Shown one piece after another: positions 12,801 to 25,417 of a DNA stretch of 64,000 bases. The position numbers were made by a program, and so were the translations under genes. The stretch lies in NCBI GenBank assembly GCA_964016885.1, contig OZ024757.1, positions 6,448,001-6,512,000 on the forward strand. Direction: 5' to 3'. Below the pieces are notes generated by a model, which searched no databases, was not told the origin of the DNA, and was given only the letters and a program-made list of their open reading frames with translations. Each line of letters starts with the position of its first letter. The first letter of the stretch is position 1. The stretch is from Eledone cirrhosa (Eukaryota).

Positions 12801-12945
12801 CAGTGATATGGCTTCCCAGCTGTATGTATATGTTTGTGTGTAACATTCAAAGAGAATGGTTTCTCTCACATGTCACAATGATATGTATTTAAATTTTCAT
12901 TGATTCACAAATTTGAGGGAATGATTTATTTCTGATGTCAATGCA

Positions 12946-15306
12946 TTATGATTTCTCTTCTGCATGTATAAGTTTGTGAGTAGCTAGGCTACTTTTCCCA
13001 GAGAATGATTTACCACAGATATCACATTGATATGGCATGTCTCCTGTATGTGTACATTTATGTGTAGTTAAGTTACTACCTAGAGAGAATGATTTACCAC
13101 AGATATCACAGTGATATGGCTTTTCTCCTGTATGGGTACGTTTATGGCTAGTTAAGGTACCACTTAGAGAGAATGATTTACCACAGATATCACAGTGATA
13201 TGGCTTGTCTCCTGTATGTGTACGTTTATGTGTAGTTAAGTTACTACCTAGAGAGAATGATTTACCACAGATATCACAGTGATATGGCTTGTCTCCTGTA
13301 TGGGTACGTTTGTGGATAGTTAAGGTACCACTTAGAGAGAATGATTTACCACAGATATCACAGTGATATGGCTTGTCTCCTGTATGTGTACGTTTATGTG
13401 TAGTTAAGTTACTACTTAGTGAGAATGATTTACCACAGATATCACAGTGATATGGCTTGACTCCTTTATGGGTACGTTTGTGGCTAGTTAAGGTATCACT
13501 TACAGAGAATGATTTACCACAGATATCACAGTAATATGGCTTATCTCCTGTATGTGTACGTTTATGTGTAGTTAGGTTACTACTTTGAGAGAATGATTTA
13601 CCACAGATATCACAGTGATATGGCTTGTCTCCTGTATGTATACGTTTATGTGTAGTTAAGTTACTACTTTGAGAGAATGATATACCACAGATATCACAGC
13701 GATATGGCTTGTCTCCTGTATGTATACGTTTATGCTTAAATAAGGATCTACTTTCAGAGAATAATTTACCACAGATATCACAGTGATATGGCTTGTCTCC
13801 TGTATGGGTCCGTTTGTGGCTAGTTAAGGCACTACTTTCTGAGAATGATTTACCACAGATATCACAGTGATATGGCTTGTCTCCTGTATGTATAAATTTG
13901 TGTGTAGTGAAGGTACTACTTTGAGAGAATGATTTACCACAGATATCACAGTGATATGGCTTGTCTCCTGTATGTGTACGTTTATGTGCAGTTAAGTTAC
14001 TACTTAGAGAGAATGATTTACCACAGATATCACAGTGATATGGCCTGTCTCCTGTATGGGTACGTTTGTGGCTAGTTAAGGTACCACTTAGAGAGAATGA
14101 TTTACCACAGATATCACAGTGATATGGCTTGTCTCCTGTATGTGTACGTTTGTGTCTAGTTAAGTGACTACTTAGAGAGAATGATTTACCACAGATGTCA
14201 CAGTGATATGGCTTGTCTCCTGTATGGGTACGTTTGTCGCTAGTTAAGGTATCACTTACAGAGAATGATTTACCACAGATATCACAATTATAAGGCTTGT
14301 CTCCCGTATGTGTACGTTTATGTGCAGTTAAGTTACTACTTTGAGAGAATGATTTACCACAGATATCACAGTGTAATGGCTTGTCTCCTGTATGTATAAG
14401 TTTATGCTTAAATAAGGATCTACTTTCAGAGAATGATTTACCACAGATATCACAGTGATATGGCTTGTCTCCTGTATGTGTACGTTTATGTTTAGTTAAG
14501 TTACTACTATCAGAGAATGATTTACCACAGATATCACAGTGATATGGCTTGTCTCCCGTATGTGTACGTTTGTGTCTAGTTAAGGGACCACTTACAGAGA
14601 ATGATTTACCACAGATATCACAGTGATATGGCTTATCTCCTGTATGTGTACGTTTGTGGCTAGTGAAGGCACTACTTTGAGAGAATGATATACCACAGAT
14701 ATCACAGTGATATGGCTTGTCTCCTGTATGTGTACGTTTGTGTGTAGTTAAGTGACTACGTTGAGAGAATGATTTACCACAGATATCGCAGTGATATGGT
14801 TTCTCACCCGTATGGGTACGTGTATGAGAAGTTAGGGTACTACTATTAGAGAATGATTTACTGCAGATATCACAGTGATATTGCTTATGTCCTGTATGTA
14901 TACGTTTGTGTCTAGTCAAGGCACTACTATCAGAGAATGATTTGCCACAGATATCACAGTGATATGGCTTGTCTCCTGTATGTATACGTTTGTGGTTAGT
15001 TAAGATACTACTTACAGAGAATGATTTGCCACAGATATCACAGTGATATGGCTTGTCTCCTGTATGTATACGTTTGTGATCAGTTAGGTGACTATTTTGA
15101 GAGAATGATTTACTACAGATATCGTAGTGATATGGTTTCTCACCTGTATGAGTATGTATGTGAGAAGTTAAGGTACTACTATGAGAGAATGATTTACCAC
15201 AGATATCGCATTGATATGGTTTCTCTCCTGTATGTATACGTTTATGCCTAATTAAAGAACTACTATCAGAGAATGATTTACCACAGATATCACAGTGATA
15301 TGCCAT
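12946..15306 (-). CDS. Tandem C2H2 zinc-finger protein, 28 fingers (26 canonical), no recognisable effector domain
   Basis: 786-aa ORF of [11 protein letters not shown] units with TGD/EKP linkers; finger 3 has C>Y and finger 13 has H>D; the start codon is uncertain. Confidence 0.9.
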   Translation of the reverse strand: MAYHCDICGKSFSDSSSLIRHKRIHTGEKPYQCDICGKSFSHSSTLTSHIHTHTGEKPYHYDICSKSFSQNSHLTDHKRIHTGDKPYHCDICGKSFSVSSILTNHKRIHTGDKPYHCDICGKSFSDSSALTRHKRIHTGHKQYHCDICSKSFSNSSTLTSHTRTHTGEKPYHCDICGKSFSQRSHLTTHKRTHTGDKPYHCDICGISFSQSSAFTSHKRTHTGDKPYHCDICGKSFSVSGPLTRHKRTHTGDKPYHCDICGKSFSDSSNLTKHKRTHTGDKPYHCDICGKSFSESRSLFKHKLIHTGDKPLHCDICGKSFSQSSNLTAHKRTHTGDKPYNCDICGKSFSVSDTLTSDKRTHTGDKPYHCDICGKSFSLSSHLTRHKRTHTGDKPYHCDICGKSFSLSGTLTSHKRTHTGDRPYHCDICGKSFSLSSNLTAHKRTHTGDKPYHCDICGKSFSQSSTFTTHKFIHTGDKPYHCDICGKSFSESSALTSHKRTHTGDKPYHCDICGKLFSESRSLFKHKRIHTGDKPYRCDICGISFSQSSNLTTHKRIHTGDKPYHCDICGKSFSQSSNLTTHKRTHTGDKPYYCDICGKSFSVSDTLTSHKRTHKGVKPYHCDICGKSFSLSSNLTTHKRTHTGDKPYHCDICGKSFSLSGTLTIHKRTHTGDKPYHCDICGKSFSLGSNLTTHKRTHTGDKPYHCDICGKSFSLSGTLTSHKRTHTGEKPYHCDICGKSFSLGSNLTTHKCTHTGDMPYQCDICGKSFSGKSSLATHKLIHAEEKS

Positions 15307-15645
15307 GCCTCTTGTATGGGTAGGTTTGTGATCAGTTAAGTAACTGCTGAGAGAGAATGATTTACCACAGATATCACAGTGATATGGCTTATGTCCTGTA
15401 TGGGTACGTTGTGAGAAGTTAAGTCACTACTTCGAGAGAATTATTTACCACGGATATCACAATATGGCTTATCTCCTGTATGTATAACTTTGTGAGTAGT
15501 TAAGGTACTAAGTTTATTAAATTATTTACCAGATATCACAGTGATATGGCTTCTCTTCTCTAACCTTCGTCATCTCACCAGGAATACTAAACACTTTAGA
15601 TTGTGTTTCGCATTTAATCTTCTTTGTCAATTATTTTCCTTCTTC
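15307..15645 (-). pseudogene. Decayed ancestral 5' part of the ZNF gene (leader plus 3 fingers)
   Basis: KIKCETQSKVFSIPGEMTKVREEKPYHC is homologous to the N-terminus of the 38921 gene; ancestral ATG lost; two fingers frameshifted and the third in frame with the long ORF. Confidence 0.85.
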
Positions 15646-16079
15646 AACAGCATATACAGATGTTTTCCTTGTAATTTTTTTTATATTATATTTCTTATAA
15701 AATATTTCTTCTATATTTCCCTCAAATATATTTAAGTTTATATCTGAAGATAATATAAACTTCTTTTTCCTCCAAGTTTAGTTAAAATACAAAATCATCT
15801 TATAGTGAAGAAAATAAACTCAGTTTTGAGGAAATATTTCACAGTAATATGACGAGAGATTTATATAAACAGTGTTATATAAGTGCTGCTTAGAATGTTT
15901 TAGTTTTAAAATGATGATAAATAGAGGTGATGTATCCAAGATTGAAAATAATAATTTATCCCAATGTCATCTGGTATTCTGAAATAAGAAAGAAACAGTA
16001 TGAGATAATACAGAATACTTTAGAAGCAGAGATAGATTTAACAGTGGAAATTTTATATTTCTATATTGGTAAATTGTAG

Positions 16080-16591
16080 ACTACCTTGAGTAGAAGATTA
16101 TGGAAGTTAAAGGACCCCATAGCCAGTGACAAATTTAAAAGCCTATTACTTGATGCCTTTGACAATAAGGAAGATCAATTAGAGACATGCAATATAGAGG
16201 AACAGTGGCAATCCTTGAAAGTGAACCTGCTGAAAGCAACAGTCAGTAGGCACCTCTAACAAAATAGACCTCCACCCCATCCACACCACCCCCTTAAATG
16301 TGAAGTTATGTTGGAACCACAACATCCAGTCCGAAACAAATGAGGTCGTGTAGGTGTCACGACAAAAAAAAAAAACACACACAGTCCACGCTGTAATGTG
16401 GTCGTGTAGGTAACACGGTAAAAACCTCCCAGTCCACACTGTAAATGTGGTTGGTGTTAGGAAGGGCATCCAGCCGTAGAAAACCCACCAGACAGTCCTA
16501 TGCGAGCAAGACAACCATTCTTGCCTCAAGTGGCAAAACTCCCGTCCAAACCCATGCTAGCGTGGAAGATGGACGTTAAACGATGATGATG
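16080..16591 (+). mobile_element. Heavily deleted RTE fragment with 3' UTR and tail
   Basis: WKLKDP..KFKSLLLDAFD homology joined directly to the 3' UTR; ends ggacgttaaacgatgatgat. Confidence 0.85.
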
Positions 16592-16803
16592 TATATATAC
16601 ATTGTGTACAGTATATATAATACCCTATATATGTTGTATGTTGTCCAAGAGAAAGGCTATGGCCGATACAGCTTGGCACTTGTGACATCACAACATATAT
16701 ATACACTATATATATTATACAGTATATATACACTATATATATGTCGAAGGGAAAGGCAATGCCTGACACAGCTTGGCACCAGTGACATCACAACATATAT
16801 ATA

Positions 16804-16841
<38 letters not shown>

Positions 16842-17040
16842 TATATATATATACACTGTGTACAATATCTATCATACACTATATATGTTGTCCAAGGGAA
16901 ATGTAATGGCTGATACAGCTTGGCACCAGTGACATCACAACATATATATACACTATATATATATATATACACCATATATGTTGTCCAAGGGAAAGGCAAT
17001 GGCTGACACAGCTTGACACTAGTGACATCACAACATATAT
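16592..17040. repeat. Four SINE-end fragments separated by TA-rich tracts
   Basis: gtccaag(a/g)gaaaggc..acagcttggcac..gtgacatcacaac at ~16643, 16743, 16890 and 16983. Confidence 0.85.
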
Positions 17041-17389
17041 TTATGTATACTTATATCCCAGACTTCCATAGATTATTTCTATTCTACAGCTATCTCTCTT
17101 CCCCAGTTTCAAAATGTTCTGTTTACATTATTATTATTATCATTCACTTGTTTCCACAATGTATATACTTCGACCTTGTTTTTGATATAAACCATGTTGG
17201 ACATTGTCTCTTTCTCTACAAACTCAACCCTAACCCCTGCCATTACCTCCCCTTTCTCTCACTCATTCATTTCGGTGATTACAAAGCTAGGAGACAATCT
17301 TTGAAATTCTTGCATATTTGCCTTGTCTAATATGTCTACTTACATCTGCTTATTTTCCCCCGAATCTCCTGTGATGATATATGTCATGA

Positions 17390-19381
17390 TGGCTACCTAT
17401 CTCACAATTTCCCACTCACCACCATAGGCTATTTGACCAATCAAACCTCAGCAACATGTCCTTATCCATTACCAGCCCCAACAAACTCTGCCATTACTAC
17501 AACTGTCCTTCTAGCCCTTACCAGCCCCAACAAACTCTGCCATTACTACTACTGTCCTTCTAGCCCTTACCAGCCCCAACAAACTCTGCCATTACTACTA
17601 CTGTCCTTCTAGCCCTTACCAGCCCCAACAAACTCTGCCATTACTACTACTGTCCTTCTAGCCCTTACCAGCCCCAACACACTCTGCAATTGCTACTACT
17701 GTCCTCCTAGCCCTTACCAGCCCCAACAAACTGCCATTAATACTACTGTCCTTCTAGCCCTTACCAGCCCCAACAAACTCTGCCATTACTACTACTGTCC
17801 TTCTAGCCCTTACCAGCCCCAACAAACTCTGCCATTACTACTACTGTCCTTCTAACCCTTACCAGCCCCAACAAACTCTGCCATTACTACTACTGTCCTT
17901 CTAGCCCTGCACCACAGAATTCTTGTTCACCATTATGTATGGAGGAGCGAAGGATAAATGGAACAACCCCGAATAAATAAATGAATATGAATCCGCAAGT
18001 TACCAAGCACCCATGCAAAGCTTTAATTCAGAGACAGGAAGCATACACACTCCCCCGCAAAAATTCACCCTCTCCCACAAATGATGGCAAATGTCCAAAA
18101 CTCTGAGTTGGCAGCATCAACATAAGCACAATGAAAGGAAGGGAAGGAGAAATTATAGACATGCTAGAGTGAAAAGATATTGACGTATGCTGTGGGCCAG
18201 GTCATGATGGACCAGGTCATGAAAGTAATGGAAAGAGTCATAGCACAGTTGATCAGGGACTGGGTAAAACTAGATGAGATGCAGTTTCGGTTGTTGCAGG
18301 AAAAAGCACCACTGATGCCCTCTTCCTTGTGAGGCAGTTACAGGTAAAGTACCTAGCTAAAAGCAAGCCGCTCAACCTGGCTCTGGTCGATATGGAAAAA
18401 GTCTTCCACAGAGTGCCCCGTGCTATAATATGGTGGGCTCTTAGAAATCTAGCAGTAGATGAGTGGCTTGTGAAAGCTGTACAAGCCATGTATAGGGGCC
18501 ATGTCAGTAAAGTTAGGCTTAACAATTACTATAGCGAGGAATCTAGCATACAGGTCGGTGTCTACCAGGGCTCTGTTCTTAGCCCTCTCCTGTTTATTAT
18601 AGTATTGCAGGCTATAACAGAGGAGTTTAAGACCTGATGCCCATAGGAACTCCTATATGTGGATGATCTTACACTTATAGCTGAATCTATGGCAGAACTA
18701 AAGAAACAAGCACCACCAAACTCTGGGAGAGATCTGTAGAAACAATAGACAGCTTTTGCTACCTAGGTGACCGAATAAGCAGCAGAGATGGGTGTTCTGA
18801 AAGTACAGTAACCAGGGTAACAACGGGATTGAAGATGTTCAGGGAGCTACTGCCACTGCTAGCTGCAAAAGGCTTTTCCCTCAAAATGAAAGGCAGACAG
18901 TATGATGCGTGCATACGAACAGCAATGTTACATGGTAGTGAGACCTGGGCGCTGTCTGTAGAAGACTTGCGTAGATTAGAAAGAAACGAAGCTTTCATGC
19001 TCCGATGGATGTGTAATAGTAATATACGCGAACGGCAAAGCATTAACAAATTGAGAGAGAGACTGAGCATAAGAGGAATCAAATGCTGTGTGCAGCAGAG
19101 GAGGTTGTGTTGTAGCCCCTGGGTACAAGCCGAAGCACATAGACAATATTCCCCGACCCCCTCCCACTGTAAAGTGGCCGTGGAGGTGTCACAACAAAAA
19201 AGCACCCATCACTCACTGTGAGGTTGGTGTTAGGAAGGGCATCCAGCTGTAGATATCAAGCCAGAATCAGTTCCCATCTGAGCAAGACAAGATCACCCCA
19301 CCTGGCACTGCCCACAACAGGACAACCTGTCTAACCCATACTACCGTGGAAGAAGGGACGTAAAACGGTGATGATGATGAT
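17390..19381 (+). mobile_element. Deleted RTE LINE, paralog of 240-2932
   Basis: Shares lesions with 240-2932 (e.g. CTAGAGTGA stop, deletion skipping the PHD) plus extra deletions; (GAT)n tail. Confidence 0.92.
17469..17908. repeat. 49-bp minisatellite, about 9 copies
   Basis: Same unit as 318-1003. Confidence 0.97.
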
Positions 19382-19698
19382 ATACATACTGTATACAGTA
19401 TATATACACTATATATATATTATACAGTATATATACACTATATATATTATACAGTATCTATACACGATATATATGTCCAAGAGAAAGGCAATGGCCAATA
19501 CAGCTTGGCACGAGTAACGTCAAAACATATATATATACTATATATATACACTATGTATATATTATATATACACTGTGTACAGTATATATCCACTATATAT
19601 ATGACCAAGAGAAAGGCTATGGACGATACAGCTTGGCACTAGTAACATCACAACATATATATATACAATATATATTATACAGTATATATATATATAAT

Positions 19699-22600
19699 CA
19701 TGTTAGCAGAAAAATGGGTGGATAATATAATAGACGTAAATAGAGTAAACGACAGAATAATTAAAATAAGACATGTTCTAAATAGAACTACTGTGACAGT
19801 AATATCTACATACGCGCCGCAATCCGGACTGCCTGGCGCTATAAAAGACAGATTCTATGAGACACTGATGCTCACTACCTCCCGAATAACCGACAGTGAC
19901 TATATAATTATTGCTGGCGACCTAAATGGTCACGTTGGACAACATTGTGACGGCTATGATGAAATCCATGGAGGCTATGGGTTTGGTACTAGAAATGAGG
20001 AAGGCTCCAGAATCCTGGAATTCTGTGACGCAAATAACCTAACTATCTGTAACACTAACTTCAAAAAATGAGACAATCACTTGATCACCTACAGATCAGG
20101 GGAACATACCAGCCAGGTAGATTATATCCTTACCAGAAGACGTGACAGAGTGACTGTTGTAAACACTAAATCCCTCCCCCATGAAGAATGCACCTCCCAA
20201 CATAGACTGATAATTAGCGACCTCATAGTCAGGACGAGTCGTACTAGACAGCAGAAGAGGACTATCCTCAGGAGAAAAATATGGAAGCTAAAGGACCCCA
20301 CAGCCAGAAATAAATTTCAAAGCATATTACTTGATGCTTTCGACAGTAAGGAAGAGCATTTAGAGTCGGACAATATAGAGGGACAGTGGGAATTCCTGAA
20401 AGCAAACCTGCTGATGGCGGCAGACGAAGCAGGCCTATAGGCAGGAGGAGAGTAACATGGTGGTGGAACAGTAAGGTGGAGGAGTCGATTAAGGCCAAAA
20501 AGCAGGCTTGGAAAGAATGGCGGGATGGGGGAAGTAGAGAAGACTATCAAGTGGCCAGGAGGGAAGCTAGGAGACAAGTGTACTTCGCAAGAAGGGAAAC
20601 AGAGGAAAGAAAGTTCAAGCATGTTCTACAACGCGAGGACCAAAAACGTTAGGTGTTCAGGATTGCTAGGCAATGTGTCAAGGAAAACCGTGATATTGTT
20701 GGGGAGAAGTGTGTACTAAATGATGATGGCATACTCGCCATCACTGACGCTGATAAGAAGGTCGCTTGGAAGTGTCACTACGAGAGGCTACTAAATGAGG
20801 AGAATAAATGGGAGAAGGATAGTCTCCCCCAGATCGATCCAATAGAGGGACCAGCAGTGTTAGTTGAAGGTAGTATAATAAGTAAGGCAATCAAAGATAT
20901 GAAGACGGGTAAGGCGGCTGGGCCTTCAGAAATAGTTGCTGAGGTGCTGAAGGCCTCTGGAACGGTGGGACACACCATGGTCACCCGGATAGTAAACCAA
21001 GTCATACAGAATGGAGTTGTTCCGAAGGACTGGCGTAGCAGCATCATCATTAACTGTTACAAGGGTAAAGGAGACGCCCTAGATAGGAGTAACTATAGAG
21101 GCATTAAATTAATCGACCAGGTCATGAAGGTCACGGAAAAAGTAATAGTGCAACTAATCAGAGAGAGAATTGATCTAGATGAAATGCAGTTCGGGTTTGT
21201 GTCAGGCAAAAGTACCACAGACGCTCTTTTCATTGTATGACAACTACAGGAGAAGTACCTAGCTAAAAGTAAACCCCTATACTTAGCCTTTGTCGACTTG
21301 GAGAAAGCCTTCAACAGAGTCCCCCGTTCCATTATCTGGTGGGCTCTTAGAAAACTAGATGTTGACGAATGGCTTGTGAGAGCTATACAAGCCATGTATA
21401 AAGAAGGTTAGAATTAACAACGAATATAGTGAAGAGTTTAGCGTAAAAGTTGGTGTCCATCAGGGCTCTGTTCTTAGCCCCCTACTATTTATTATTGCCC
21501 TTCAGGCTATAACAGAGGAGTTCAAGACTGGCTGCCCATGGGAACTCCTATACGCAGATGATCTAACGCTCATAGCTGAATCAATGGCCGAGCTAGAGAA
21601 GAAATTCCAAACATGGAAGCACGGCCTAGAATCAAAAGGCCTTAAAATTAACCTGGCTAAGACTAAAGTTCTAGTTTGTAGGAAAGAAAATAAGGCGCCG
21701 GTCCCTTCCAGGAAATGGCCATGCTCAGTGTGTAGGAAAGGCGTAGGTAGAAACTCCATTTTATGTCCCAAATGCAAGGTATGGGTGCATAAAAGATGTA
21801 GTGGGATCACAGGTAAGCTAACAAAGAACACAGATTTTACATGTGGCCGGTGCTCTGGTGCAATAAGTAGCAGCAAGTGCCCACAAAATACTAGCTCTTT
21901 CAATTGCGCAGAGGGTTCTATAGAAATAGTGGACAGCCTCCGTTACCTGGGTGAACAATCAGCAGTGGGGGAGGGTGCTCTGAAAGTACAGTAGCTAGAG
22001 TCAGAACTGGATGGAAAAAGTTCAGAGAGCTTATACCACTATTAGCCGCTAAAGGGTTCTCCCTAAAAATGAAAGAGAGAAGGCTACGTTGGTATGGTCA
22101 CGTGATGCACATGAAAGTCGATAGCTGTATAACAAAGTGCAGGGCAATAAAGATAGACGGTAGCCACGCAGTAGGCAGACCCAGAAAAACCTGGGACGAG
22201 CTGATAAATTCTGACCTCACACACTTACACCTCTCCAAGACAATGTCACTGGACCGAGACCTTTGGCGGTACTCAGTAATAGAGAAGACCCGCCTTACCT
22301 AAATACAAAGTAAATCCTACTACAGTCAGTAGGCATCTCTAACAAAATACACCCCCGTCCCACCACCCCCACCCCATCCACACCGCCCCTTTCAATGTAA
22401 AGTTATGTTGGGGCCACAAAATCCAGGCCGAAACAAATGAGATCGTGTAGGTGTCACGACAAAAAAACACACAATACACGCTGTAATGTGGCCGTGTAGG
22501 CAACACGGTAAAAACCTCCCAGCCCCACACTGTAAATGTGGTTGGTGTTAGGAGGGGTATCCAGCTGTAGAAAACCCGCCAGACAGTCCACGCTGTAATG

Positions 22601-22802
22601 TGGCTGTGTAGGCAACACGGTAAAAACCTCCCAGCCTCACACTGTAAATGTGGTTGGTGTTAGGAAGGGCATCCAACTGTAGAAAACCCGCCAGACAGTC
22701 CTATGCGAGCAAGACAATCACTCTTGCCTCAAGTGGGAAAACTCCCGTCCAAACCCATGCAAGCGTTGAACATGGACGTTAAACGATGATGATGATGATG
22801 AT
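19699..22802 (+). mobile_element. Near-complete 5'-truncated RTE LINE (disrupted APE-RT-PHD)
   Basis: Successive ORFs from 19700 to 22302: YAPQSGL, AGDLNGHVG, YADD, WPCSVC..WVHKRC..CGRC; duplicated 3' UTR module; (GAT)n tail; inserted in the TA minisatellite. Confidence 0.95.
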
Positions 22803-22926
22803 ACATTATATATATTATACAGTATATATACACTATATATATATTATGCAGTATATATACACTATATATATTATACAGTATATATATACACTATATATAT
22901 TATAGAGAATATATACACTATATATA

Positions 22927-23113
22927 TGTCCAAGGGAAAGGCTATGGCCGATACAGCTTGGCACCAGTGACATTACAACTCATTTCTACAACTGAGTAAA
23001 CTGGAGCAACGTAAAATAAAGTGTCTTGCTCAAGGACACAACACATCACATGGTCCGAGAATCGAACTCACCAACTTTTAATTGTAAGCCCAATGCTCTA
23101 ACCACTAAGCCAT
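22927..23113 (-). mobile_element. tRNA-derived SINE (family 1)
   Basis: Paralog of 3811-3997 with a clearer B-box (GAGTTCGATTC on minus). Confidence 0.82.
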
Positions 23114-23829
23114 GATACCTTCCAGAACCAACCGTGATATAGAGAGACCATAAAGACAACCGTTGTTTTCATAGTTTAAGCCTTAAAATACCTCTCATAC
23201 ATGCTTTAAGTACATATAAACTCATTAAAACACACTTTTGTATTTAAACACCAAAAACAGCCAGTAACGATCGTATAGAAACTACCACCAACCATCATAC
23301 CACTAGTTACCAATGAGGACTATTGCCAGCCACGGTAGCCACTTGGTAATACACTGCACATCTCCCGTCAATCTATGAAGGGTTTGTAGTAGATTAGAGC
23401 AAAACACAATCAGTAAAACAATAATGGAATGAAAAATATAAACATTTGTTCATAATTAAAGCCTTAAGATGTCCCTTCCTTACGATATACACTTTAATAA
23501 CATTGAAACTTATTTAATAAGTTTAAATTTTAAATACTTTTTATTCAGACGTACCGCGATAAGAAACTAGATATGTTCTAACGAATAATCCGCGATGTGG
23601 CGAGGATTACCGCGATAGGAAATTAAATACGTTCTAAAGAAATATCCGCGATGTAACGGGACCGCGAAAAGTGAACCGCGATATAGCGGGGGATTACTGT
23701 ATATATACACACACAACATACATCTATCTATATACACTCATAACATTTATTTCGATTTTTTTACATTAAAATGTTGACTGAGGGTGTGACAACTGTTTCT
23801 TGTTTGAGGTTGTTCCAGTGGTTGAAATA

Positions 23830-24690
23830 TAGACGGAGGTAATTAAATAATAAAGACAGTCATGATAACAATATATTTTATATCACATGTAACAGTGGAA
23901 TCTGGTTAATTACTCGATTGTTGTAGGGGTCACATAATTATATTATTTACACACATTAATATAGACATTAAGTAAATCTTTGTCAACTTACCTCCTTCAC
24001 TTATAATGAATGTGTTGTGTTGTTAGTTGTTACTAAACAACCAAAGAAATAATCTCTTTGTTATCAAATTAGAAGTTTCAATATTATCAGCTTTATTTCA
24101 CGACATTAACGTTGGTGTATCTTCATCTTTAGTCATAAATTGATATCTTGTCAGAATGAAGTAGTGAGGCTGACTTTATGTCTTTAGCTACAGATTTGAT
24201 AGGAAATATATATATATATTAGGTTGATATGTGGTCTAAAATATATATATTGTCTACAAATGACTGATAGCAGATGTTCTGGTGAAATAGTAGTTTTACT
24301 ACTACAGATTGTAATGGAACTCTTAGTAGACACAATTGTAAAGTAAGAATAGATATGACAGTGTAAGACTGATGTCGGGGAATTAAAATTATATATATAT
24401 ATATAATTGTTACACAAGATATAATTAGATTAATTAAAATTATAATTGTTTCTACTTTAGGCACTGAAGACAGCAGGTACTCGGTGTCGTTGGTAATGTT
24501 TCAACTGTCGTACCGGTGTCACACGTTAAAAGTCCCTGATATAATTTAATACCTTCAGACACAGTTCCAATCGTATTTAATTGATTGTAAATCAGAAAGT
24601 ATCACTCAATAAAATATCAATTATATATCAATAAGAAAACCTCTACGTAGTCTCTCTAACTGCTAGAAATAGCAGCGATATTATCCAATA
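23830..24690 (-). promoter_or_regulatory. Conserved non-coding module, copy 2
   Basis: Homologous to 5330-6320; GTAAGT donor at 23986-23991 (minus). Confidence 0.45.
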
Positions 24691-24789
24691 CAACTGTTCT
24701 CTCTCTATATATATATTTATATATATACACACACATATATATGTACGTATGTATGTAAATGTGTATACAACTCTTATGTGTATGTATAT

Positions 24790-25417
24790 GTATAAACAAC
24801 TATTTTATGGAGAGTTAGTTAAAGGAAAACGACCTCCACATAAACCAAAAAAGAGGTCTAAGGATTCCTTGAAAGCCTCTTTGAAAGACGCTAACATCTC
24901 TGCTGATACATGGGAAAATGTTGCTGCTGATCGTAATGTGGGATGTGAGGAAGGGCATTACCGTTGCATTTGCAGCCTCTGTGCGAGATTTTGCCTCAGC
25001 AAATCTGGACTCGAAAGTCATCTTCGCAGTCACAAAGTAAGACCAGTGGTTGACTACCAGGCTGCTGTTGGAGATGCTACTCATCATGCCTGACAAGCAT
25101 GTGGTAGAGAATGTAAATCAGCAGGAAGGCTCAAACGACATGCAAAAGTACATCAACTCCAGCCACAGCCGACTATTCCCAGTGAATGTTTTGGTTGCCA
25201 ACTCTGTGCAAGACATTTTAGATCATTGGCTGGGCTAAAAAGCCACATTCGATCCCAGCACTGTTAGTTGCTATTGTGTGTGTGTGTGTATATATATACA
25301 TATATATATATATGTATGTATATTATTATTGTTGTTGTCGTTATTATTATTATTATTATTATTGTTTTTTTTTCTCGTGCAATGGCCATACTCGATAACG
25401 AGGGGGCAGCCATCATA
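24790..25417 (+). mobile_element. 3' fragment of a different RTE-type (BovB-like) LINE with three C-terminal C2H2 fingers
   Basis: KQLFYGEL.KGKR...PKKR.KDSLK..W...AADR; then CSLC..HLRSH, (TGA)QAC..HAKVH and CQLC..HIRSQH in one frame to TAG at 25267. Confidence 0.78.

Larger units (their letters stand above)
17150..23830 (+). repeat. Segmental duplicate of 1-5330
   Basis: Starts ttccacaa.gtatatacttcgaccttg as at position 1; same order of minisatellite, RTE, TA repeat, SINE and pogo remnant; differs by an RTE insertion and lacks the foldback. Confidence 0.95.

Noticed and set aside
16640-17040. CRISPR-like repeat-spacer appearance
   Set aside because: Repeats are SINE ends, spacers are low-complexity TA, the context is eukaryotic and there are no cas genes.
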